64,000 nucleotides of DNA from assembly GCA_051532055.1 (NCBI GenBank), contig JAOPTX010000003.1:89064-153063 (forward strand). The letters run 5' to 3'. The notes under the pieces were generated by a model that worked only from the letters and a program-made list of their open reading frames with translations, was not told the DNA's origin and did not search any database. Source of the stretch: Fibrobacterales bacterium. Lineage in GTDB: Bacteria > Fibrobacterota > Fibrobacteria > Fibrobacterales > JAOPTW01. Positions 44,915-51,849 of this stretch are shown one piece after another; within the stretch, counting starts at the first letter, position 1; every line of letters starts with the position of its first letter. Made by a program: the position numbers and the translations under genes.

Positions 44915-44989
44915 TGATTGTCGATACTGTATCACTTAAAATATTATTACAAAATTTATGTATAACTAGGTTTATGTCAGCCTAAGCAA

Positions 44990-45307
44990 TTATTTAGCTG
45001 ACACCCACCCTCCACTTCTTACCCATCCTGGATTATTAAACAATGGTTCTTCTCCAGAAACAAGTAATAAGATAGCTTTTGTAGCGTCATAGATTAATTC
45101 AGCATCCTTATCATTAACATGAATTCCTGCGTGGATAAGATTATTTCGTTTAATTCTTAATTCATTTATGAGGTTATATATTTTTTCTGGTAGTAATTCT
45201 AATGAATAGAGAAATTCAATCCTTACAGAAGCTGTATAAACATTAAAATCAGAATATTTTTTCTTTCTTTTTTGATCTTCCGATGCAACTCCCTCAATAA
45301 CTTTCAA
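44990..45307 (-). CDS. HEPN-like domain protein (possible RNase toxin), N-terminus unclear
   Basis: Rx4H motif in LRIKRNNLIHAG. The only start is TTG. The frame stays open upstream into repeat copy C without an ATG. Confidence 0.45.
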   Translation of the reverse strand: MKVIEGVASEDQKRKKKYSDFNVYTASVRIEFLYSLELLPEKIYNLINELRIKRNNLIHAGIHVNDKDAELIYDATKAILLLVSGEEPLFNNPGWVRSGGWVSAK

Positions 45308-45360
45308 TTTCCATAATTTTTCAAGAACAACTTCAATAAATGACCAACGCTTTGGCGGAG

Positions 45361-45521
45361 TACGCAGTGTTTTTGCACTTCAGTGCGTAGAAAAAACATT
45401 GTGTGCTACGGCTGTTGGTGGATCGTAGGAATGGGCATGCCTTGCCATAATGTCTATTTGGGAGAAAAGAAAATATTTTTGTTTACTGAGCGTAAGCAGG
45501 GATGTTGGAGCGATTTATTTA
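45361..45521 (-). repeat. Family-1 dispersed repeat, copy C (full length)
   Basis: tacgcagtgtttttgcacttcagtgcgtagaaaaaacattgtgtgctacggctgttggtggatcgtaggaatgggcatgccttgccataatgtctatttgggagaaaagaaaatatttttgtttactgag... starts at the stop codon of the 45519-46106 ORF. Confidence 0.9.
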
Positions 45522-46106
45522 GTCTATATTTCTTGTATTATATTGGGCAAATACTTTGTTAGCTATTGGTTGAATTGTCCACAATCCAATTGGGAAAAAC
45601 CAAAATAGAAACATACTACCTATAGATTCACCCCTAGAAGCAACTCTTCCCAACTCTATGGATTTCAAAACTCTCCCTGGAAAATAAAGCATATACAGCA
45701 TCCCAAACATAGCAGTTAAGTGCATTGGTATAATCAAAAATATCATCCATGATACATTTGGAATAATTTCAAATAATGTAGAGGCCATGAACATATAACA
45801 AAAAGAAAATGAAGATAAAAATATAAACTTCTTTACTTTCATTTGTTCCAGTCCAGAAACGAAAGATCTCAATCTTACACCGATCGATATAAACCATGTT
45901 ATACCAATTAAAAATGCAAAGGCACTAAACAACCAAAGGTATTTAAAAGATTCGAAAACTTGTTCTGGATTTTCAAAATTTTGTTTTGAATTTGATGATA
46001 TAAATTCTTGGACCATCAAAACTTGTACCGCCAATGGAACCAAAAACATCCCAATAAATAACTGCCAATGCTTAGCTTTAAGCAAAATATCAAATATTTT
46101 ATTCAT
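45519..46106 (-). CDS. Integral membrane protein (about 5 TM), function unknown
   Basis: 195-aa ORF with hydrophobic segments. RBS AAGGAG 8 nt upstream of ATG 46106. Confidence 0.6.
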   Translation of the reverse strand: MNKIFDILLKAKHWQLFIGMFLVPLAVQVLMVQEFISSNSKQNFENPEQVFESFKYLWLFSAFAFLIGITWFISIGVRLRSFVSGLEQMKVKKFIFLSSFSFCYMFMASTLFEIIPNVSWMIFLIIPMHLTAMFGMLYMLYFPGRVLKSIELGRVASRGESIGSMFLFWFFPIGLWTIQPIANKVFAQYNTRNID

Positions 46107-46115
46107 TCTTTCTCC

Positions 46116-46172
46116 TTATAACGCCTTAATTGAGCGGATCACTAGTGATGCCGCTCCAATGTTTTGTTATAC
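46116..46172. repeat. 57-bp attC-like structured palindrome filling the whole intergenic gap
   Basis: Minus strand reads GTATAAC-aaaacattg-GAGCGG-c-ATCACTAGTGAT-CCGCTC-aattaaggc-GTTATAA. This gives an outer 6-7-bp pair, a 9x9 unpaired internal loop, and an inner 6+6-bp stem with one extrahelical base. It begins immediately after the stop at 46173 and ends at the RBS of the next ORF. Confidence 0.65.
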
Positions 46173-46874
46173 TCAATCCCAATATTCGTATTCATAACTA
46201 AATTTTCTCTGAAAACCTCTTTCAGATCCAATATATTTTTGAAACACCACATCACCTACATCATTATAGTCAAATATATTTTTTGTTTTAGATATAGTTT
46301 GATTTCCTTCATAGAAGGAAGTTGATTCATGAACGACCGAAACAAGATAATTATCTTTATATGTATTAAATATTTTATGTCTCACACCTCCATCTTCTCC
46401 AGACTGAGTATACATTACAACATTTATTGGGGCATCGTATGTATAGGAATAATCATAATCCCCATCATATTTATACACCAATGCTCCTTTTAAATCATAA
46501 CGGTATCCATTAAAAATACTTGTATCATTTTTAGTAAAAAACACTTTCACGCTATAATCATCATAATACTTATACCATTGTATATTTTTTTCTGATACAA
46601 CACTGACTAAGCGCCTGTTTTTATATTTAAATTCTTTAGTTCCACTTCTACTTTTTTCTTTCTGCAGGAAACCCAAAGAATCAAACTCCAAAATGACGAC
46701 ATAAGCTATTGAGTCTGATTTTGTACTATGCACATTGATAATTTTACGTTTTAAATTAGTAGTATCACGAACAATAAATCCATATACAGATACATCGAAA
46801 TAATTATTAGTAATTCCGTTTACATTTGACAAAAGTCCTAAAATACAAACCAGGAATACTCCAACTACATACAT
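46173..46874 (-). CDS. Secreted or membrane-anchored protein, function unknown
   Basis: 233-aa ORF with N-terminal hydrophobic anchor MYVVGVFLVCILGLLSNVNG. Tyr/Asp-rich beta-type sequence with no recognised motif. Confidence 0.6.
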   Translation of the reverse strand: MYVVGVFLVCILGLLSNVNGITNNYFDVSVYGFIVRDTTNLKRKIINVHSTKSDSIAYVVILEFDSLGFLQKEKSRSGTKEFKYKNRRLVSVVSEKNIQWYKYYDDYSVKVFFTKNDTSIFNGYRYDLKGALVYKYDGDYDYSYTYDAPINVVMYTQSGEDGGVRHKIFNTYKDNYLVSVVHESTSFYEGNQTISKTKNIFDYNDVGDVVFQKYIGSERGFQRKFSYEYEYWD

Positions 46875-46927
46875 CTAATTAAACTCCTTATACAATAGAC
46901 ACAATATAATAAAATAGGCCCACCATA

Positions 46928-47042
46928 GACGGTGGGGCGTACCAAACAAAAATATTTTCTTCCCTGCATAACTATGCAGTCTCCCAAATAGATACCCTGT
47001 CCATTCCTATGTCCATCAACTATAGAAGTACGCAATAAAAAT
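46928..47042 (+). repeat. Family-1 repeat, inverted copy D with a 19-nt palindromic insert
   Basis: aaacaaaaatattttctt + CCCTGCATAACTATGCAGT + ctcccaaatagata...ccattcctatgtccatcaac aligns with the reverse complement of copy C. Confidence 0.75.
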
Positions 47043-47204
47043 ATTCCACAAATCTACTCCTATCATACAGTCAAACTCACACGACATTTGTAAAAACCCG
47101 CAAAATGAATTGATATAGCGGGTGATAAACAACATATGCGCATTATGCGGACAGCGCGATAACCACCCATCTAGCAGAAAATACTTAGATTAAATGGGGT
47201 AGAC

Positions 47205-48251
47205 TTACCCCAATGTAATGATCCGTTCAATCTCCTCACGACACGCAACAGCAACCTCTCGCTGCCTCTCCCGTGCAACCGTATTATCCTCAAACACATC
47301 ACCCACAATAACAATATTCTCATCATTAGTCCTATTAGCAGGCTCCGTATAGTTAAATGATCCAAAGATAGTGACCGCATCATCAATCACCATGAGCTTA
47401 TGATGAAGCTTCCCGAGGCCTCCCTTATTACCAATGAGCGAGATGCTAATGCCCGCCTCTACAAGGTTATGAGTGGCGGCCCATTTTTGATTCCCCTGAA
47501 GCCTATCCAGTACACCGGTAATCTGCACACCTCGTTGCTGTGCTGCAATCAGCGCATCATCAATACCAGAACTGTGAGCAAAGGTAAAGACCGCAAAGTC
47601 AATCCGCACTCGTGCCTTAAGAATTTGCTTCATAATCTCTAGTTCAGGAGTATGGTCGGGGGAGAAGAGTACCCTGATTCTGATTCGGTCTACGGTACTG
47701 TTAATTGGGGCTACGCTTTTCATGATGCTCTCACGACCAAATCTCCCTGATTTAATCTCATCGAACTCAATACGAAATTGATTGGCGATAGTCTTATTAT
47801 GAATAACGATCACATGGTTCAGGTTTTTAGTCACCCCAGTGTCGGTAAAGTTCGTTGAGCCCGTGAGAACCGAATCACTACATGTCATAAACTTTTGATG
47901 AAAGATTGCGCTATTAAAATCAACCTTCACGTCGATATCTGCCCGATATAAGGCACTGAAGAGTTCTCTGTTTATTTCGTGGCTTCCCGATGGTTCAAAA
48001 GGGGATACTTGTTTCCGAGAGGCCAACAGATAACTCTGCTCAAGAACGATATCAATAACGACTCCTCGACTGCGTGCCCGTATGAGCGCCTCGGTAATCT
48101 CTCTATTGTCTATCTCCTGAAGAGCCACACAGAGGTTCTCTCTCGGTTTAGCGTCATCAATAAAGCCAATGATTGGTTCTAACAGTGAATCCGGCCCGCT
48201 TTGCTCCTTTGGGCCTAAATAGAGCTTGAAACTGCGTGCACTATAGCTCAT
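47205..48251 (-). CDS. Phospholipase D superfamily protein with two HKD motifs (no signal peptide)
   Basis: 348 aa. HKD motifs FHQKFMTCSDSVLTGSTNFT and LHHKLMVIDDAVTIFGSFNYT. The start overlaps the upstream stop (TAATG). Confidence 0.85.
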   Translation of the reverse strand: MSYSARSFKLYLGPKEQSGPDSLLEPIIGFIDDAKPRENLCVALQEIDNREITEALIRARSRGVVIDIVLEQSYLLASRKQVSPFEPSGSHEINRELFSALYRADIDVKVDFNSAIFHQKFMTCSDSVLTGSTNFTDTGVTKNLNHVIVIHNKTIANQFRIEFDEIKSGRFGRESIMKSVAPINSTVDRIRIRVLFSPDHTPELEIMKQILKARVRIDFAVFTFAHSSGIDDALIAAQQRGVQITGVLDRLQGNQKWAATHNLVEAGISISLIGNKGGLGKLHHKLMVIDDAVTIFGSFNYTEPANRTNDENIVIVGDVFEDNTVARERQREVAVACREEIERIITLG

Positions 48252-49225
48252 TAGTAACGCTCCGTAATTTCTATATAGGCCGGCTCACTCGACCGAAACA
48301 AGAAGGATACCCCAATAAATACCCGAAAGATATCATCAACCATCCGCACATTATACAGGTCTTGCCCTTTCTCTGCTTTAACAAACACACCGACACCAGA
48401 AGGATACGTAAAGTTCCCAAAGAGTGATACATTGTAAGGAGTGATCTGAGAGTGCTGAGAGGGGAGATACTGAGCCGATACTCCATACCGAAGTTGCGTC
48501 ATTTCATTAAACATCATAAGATAGTGATGCCCTGCTACCTCAACCAAATATCTGTTCATTGAGTAGAACTTCGTATCAAGCGTATTATATCCGGCAATGG
48601 AAAAGCCAAAGAGCCGATCAATATAGCGCGTATACCCCAAAGTTACCTCAAGAGCATCTTCTACCATTCCTGTACCTGGGTAAAACCCCATAACCTTCAT
48701 GAGCTTTAATTTACTTCGTACAAAATTTGTAGAGAACTCTCCACTTTTTCTATTGAGTTGTTCACCCAGGTTGAGTTCATCTAAGTTACTGTACAGAGCC
48801 TGACAGGTTGAGTCTGCATCTTCGGAGCTCCCAAAAGCACACCCCGATTGACCATTAGAATAATGCCCATGTTCAATCATAGGAGTAATAAAACTCTTGA
48901 TACTACTCACATATCGGGTAGGGGCATAAGAGGCGGATACTCTATAGCTCGGCATTATCACAGGCATTGAGTTTTTATACAGCATCCTAATGTGTGGGTC
49001 AAAGATGATTGAGAGCCTTTGATAGGTACTATCCTGATAGATAAATGGGGTAACGCCATCTATAAAGGGCATTTTAAGTATCGGTCGCGCTTCCATAACT
49101 ACTTTTTCATTAAAATCATTCCCCGTCGGAGTACTCCACCCTATAAATGGAGTCTCCTCTAGGGTTTGATATTGAGCAAATAAAGTTGTTATTAAGGTCA
49201 GTAATAATAGTTGTATTTTTTTCAT
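48251..49225 (-). CDS. Outer-membrane phospholipase A (OMPLA/PldA)-like beta-barrel protein
   Basis: 324 aa with signal peptide MKKIQLLLLTLITTLFAQ. EHGHYSNGQSG resembles the OMPLA catalytic HxSNG motif (E. coli NHDSNGRS). Alternating beta-strand-like sequence ending in an aromatic-rich C-terminus. Confidence 0.45.
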   Translation of the reverse strand: MKKIQLLLLTLITTLFAQYQTLEETPFIGWSTPTGNDFNEKVVMEARPILKMPFIDGVTPFIYQDSTYQRLSIIFDPHIRMLYKNSMPVIMPSYRVSASYAPTRYVSSIKSFITPMIEHGHYSNGQSGCAFGSSEDADSTCQALYSNLDELNLGEQLNRKSGEFSTNFVRSKLKLMKVMGFYPGTGMVEDALEVTLGYTRYIDRLFGFSIAGYNTLDTKFYSMNRYLVEVAGHHYLMMFNEMTQLRYGVSAQYLPSQHSQITPYNVSLFGNFTYPSGVGVFVKAEKGQDLYNVRMVDDIFRVFIGVSFLFRSSEPAYIEITERY

Positions 49226-49380
49226 AAATATCTCTCTTCAAATCGCGGTTTTTTTTATTTAAACAGTGCGAAGCACTTTACACAACACATCCGCATTGAT
49301 CCCCACAACCAATATCACCATTTCCACTCCAACCATCAACAAAGGAAAAATTCCATTTTTTCCGAGCCAATAAGGGAATA

Positions 49381-49563
49381 GCTATGTGTTCCAGCTCTCT
49401 GCGAAGAGAAGCGCGCCTGGTCACAATGCTAGGCATTGTTGCTCGGCCAAGCAACCGGGGGCTCCCAAAGGGTACGCGCTTCGGCGTATCCATTGGTGGG
49501 GGTCTGGGGGAGAAGCCCCCGGGAACTCAAATAAAAAACCAATAAAATTAAGGGAACACATAG
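49381..49563 (+). ncRNA. Candidate structured RNA (unknown class) in a GC-rich island
   Basis: 11-bp closing helix CTATGTGTTCC (49381-49391) / GGAACACATAG (49553-49563). Internal hairpins: TCTCT-GCGA-AGAGA (49396-49409), ACAATGC-tag-GCATTGT (49423-49439), GTTGCT-cggcca-AGCAAC (49438-49455), GGGTACGC-gcttcg-GCGTATCC (49470-49491), GGGGG-agaag-CCCCC (49506-49520). The GNRA and UUCG loops read correctly only on the plus strand. Confidence 0.35.
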
Positions 49564-49582
49564 AACGCATATCCCAAAATCA

Positions 49583-49864
49583 TCAAAGAAGAACGAGCCT
49601 CCCCGTTGCTTCCAACGCATTATTGGCCGAGAAAAACTCACTCCCATGCGTATAACGAACCTTAAGAATAGAGAACGAATCCTCATCCTTGCAGAGCTCC
49701 TTAATCCGACCAAAGTTACGATTACTACACTTGGTGAGCCACACGCCCTCTGAAAGCGCGAGGTTTTTTTGAAAAAGTCCTGATTGTTCCATGGATTGCA
49801 GTTTGTCTTGTGGGCACTGAATTACGGTCAGGAAGTCGAAATTGTTTGGTATTGATATATTCAT
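49583..49864 (-). CDS. Hypothetical 93-aa protein
   Basis: ATG 49864 preceded by GAGAGG. The track ORF extends to 49921. No recognised motif. Confidence 0.4.
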   Translation of the reverse strand: MNISIPNNFDFLTVIQCPQDKLQSMEQSGLFQKNLALSEGVWLTKCSNRNFGRIKELCKDEDSFSILKVRYTHGSEFFSANNALEATGRLVLL

Positions 49865-49934
49865 AATTACCTCTCTTGGTAGGTGTAAGCGAGTGCACCG
49901 CTTATTCTGCTCGTGATGCACTCACCATATACAG

Positions 49935-50804
49935 CTACGCTACCTCTTCTTCAAATTCAATCTCTTCTTCTATGCCGTCTTCAGAATCCATAGGGAGGAG
50001 TACTTCATCCTCTTCTATGGTGTTTTCCATCCGAGCTTTATTATTTTGAGAGCGCGAGTATTTACTAAAGAATTTACGGAGTATTTTTTTGTCTTTGTTA
50101 AACACCAAACGAGCCCATCTGAGAACAGTAGCCTCTTCGAGTTGAAGTAATGTGATCACCTTATCACGAATTTTGCGTTCTTCAGTTACCGCAAAGCGAT
50201 GGAGCTCTGCATCTTTTTGAATCGTACCCACTTCAAATGCGAGATTGGCAGCATTTTTGAGTTGCTCAAAATCGAAGTTGATATCTTCGAGTTGTGTACG
50301 AATTGCATCAGAAGGGTGTGCAAGAATATGGAGGTCTTCAATAAGGTCAGCAATGGTTCTCCCTTGTGACACCTCTTTGATGAGCTTTGTTACAGCATCA
50401 TTGCCAAATGCAACAAAACGATACTCGTTAAGGAGGTCGTTACGGAGTTCAAAAGCCAGAGGGGAGAGTGCCTTCCAGCGTTTACGACTTTCGCTATATG
50501 AGTCGGTGGCCCATGCCATACGACTCTGTGCATGGCGGTATGCACCGATAAGCTTCTCTAATCTTGTTGAGATTTTGGTGTCGAAGTTCTTATCGAGAAG
50601 ACGCTTTTCATTGTGTTTAATTATGGTGATCAAGCCCTCTACCTCTGTCGAAAAAATCTTGAGTGGTCTGTTGGGTCGGGTTGTTTCATCATCGGGTACC
50701 GATTGAATGGTTTCGTACATCTCATCGAAGTACTCGGCGCTTTTATTCTCAGAAAGGGTAGAGAATAGTGCTTCTTTAGTGTTGTAGAGTGTATTATCTG
50801 ACAT
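49935..50804 (-). CDS. Hypothetical protein, paralog A (acidic C-terminal tail)
   Basis: 289 aa with an AAGGA RBS. The C-terminal block ERKIRDKVITLLQLEEATVLRWARLVFNKDKKILRKFFSKYSR parallels the gene at 51850-52641. The tail reads EEDEVLLPMDSEDGIEEEIEFEEEVA. Confidence 0.65.
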   Translation of the reverse strand: MSDNTLYNTKEALFSTLSENKSAEYFDEMYETIQSVPDDETTRPNRPLKIFSTEVEGLITIIKHNEKRLLDKNFDTKISTRLEKLIGAYRHAQSRMAWATDSYSESRKRWKALSPLAFELRNDLLNEYRFVAFGNDAVTKLIKEVSQGRTIADLIEDLHILAHPSDAIRTQLEDINFDFEQLKNAANLAFEVGTIQKDAELHRFAVTEERKIRDKVITLLQLEEATVLRWARLVFNKDKKILRKFFSKYSRSQNNKARMENTIEEDEVLLPMDSEDGIEEEIEFEEEVA

Positions 50805-51497
50805 TGATAATCCTTATATAATTTGAATTAAGTTATAGCCCTTATAAAACAAGGGCTGTTGTAGGTGTCCTTAAAAGAATATGCGCAAAAATCGTACGCG
50901 TCCAATTAGTTGTATCATACTGTTTCTCAGGATCGGGCACAATACTATTATTTTATCAAGACGTTTTCACTCAACTCAGAGAGAAAAATGAGCGCTCTTT
51001 TTAAATGTGACGTTTCTGTTATTTAAACATAATATGGTAAACATTATTTTACCTGTTTGCTTACAAAAAGTGAGCGAGTTGTTAGGTGCTTTCTAGTTAT
51101 TTATGGGAGAGTATTTGTTGTGCGGATAGTCTTTTTTAAACAAAAATAAAAAGTGTTGTACTTGTTGTGGGGAGTAGTTGTGGTACTCAATAAATCCTTT
51201 GTATATAAGGTTCAAAATGGTACGTATTGTTTTTTAGAATGGGTGTATTGTAATTAATTACTGTATAAAATTGTTGTATAATGACGATAAATATAATTGA
51301 TACACTGCTTATGATGTATTGTTGTTTGTTCCAAAAGTGTTCTTATTTGTATTGTCATTATGTTTCTCTATAATTGGATAACTAGCATGGATATTGGTAA
51401 GCTATTAGTCTGTTCTTATGACCTACATTTGAGTGTGAATACCTGAGTCGTGCAATTGAATATCCTAAACTCAACATTACCGAGCTGACCCATAAAA

Positions 51498-51555
51498 ATG
51501 AGTGTCCGAATCATTAGGTGGAATGTCCAATGAGTAAATGAGAGTGTCCGAGTGA
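51498..51555 (+). promoter_or_regulatory. Three direct repeats of a TGTCC(G/A)A-centred motif
   Basis: atgagTGTCCGAatca (51498-51513), gaaTGTCCAAtgag (51521-51534) and atgagagTGTCCGAgtga (51538-51555), in the 1-kb divergent intergenic region. Confidence 0.35.
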
Positions 51556-51736
51556 TACATGCGAAAGTTACGCACCCACTCGGATAGGGGATTTTGAGAC
51601 TATGATACTTCTTTAGCTTATTGGTACACCTATTCTTACTATTTAGATAGTAACCTCAACCATTAAGGCATCATAGGGAGTGAGTCGTGTTATTCATTTG
51701 CCTCTTGGGGTAGGAGAACATATATTATACTGCGCA

Positions 51737-51750
51737 GTACAGTGCTGTAC
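51737..51750. promoter_or_regulatory. 14-bp palindrome GTACAG-TG-CTGTAC upstream of paralog B
   Basis: Perfect 6+6 palindrome about 100 nt upstream of ATG 51850. Confidence 0.3.
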
Positions 51751-51849
51751 ACTGGCCATTGAAAGGTGACGCTTTTTAATAGAGAGTACTATTGGGATAA
51801 GGCTGATAGTGAGCATGCCTGTACAACACGACTTATGGGGAGTGTGATA

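Larger units (their letters stand above)
39334..47204 (-). mobile_element. Putative integron-type gene-cassette array (CALIN-like; no integrase in window)
   Basis: About 10 short, functionally unrelated ORFs and gene fragments, all on the minus strand. They are separated by imperfect palindromes and repeat families placed directly after stop codons. See the repeat features and findings. Confidence 0.4.

Noticed and set aside
39995-47042. Whether the repeats between 40 and 47 kb form a CRISPR array.
   Set aside because: The repeats are 36-160 bp long, irregularly spaced at kilobase intervals, separated by protein-coding ORFs, and occur in both orientations. No cas genes are present.
31239-48251. 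SNF2 ATPase plus PLD-family protein as parts of a DISARM-like defence system.
   Set aside because: The two genes are about 12 kb apart in different transcription units. No DUF1998, helicase (drmA) or methyltransferase genes are present.
49381-49563. Assigning the GC-rich element to RNase P RNA, tmRNA, SRP/4.5S RNA, or common riboswitches (TPP, cobalamin, FMN, glycine, SAM).
   Set aside because: I could not find the conserved core strings I remember for these classes on either strand, such as GGAAAGUCCGG, a T-arm GUUCGAAUC...CCA end, GGAAGCAGCC, CUGAGA/ACCUGAUCUGG or GCCACUG. A covariance-model search is needed.
49278-49713. Three mutually overlapping ORFs (49278-49493 minus, 49386-49655 plus, 49429-49713 minus) across the GC-rich island.
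   Set aside because: They overlap each other on both strands and have Arg/Gly/Pro-rich products with no motifs or RBS. They coincide exactly with the hairpin-dense GC island. Open frames there are better explained by composition, so the region is treated as non-coding or a structured-RNA candidate.
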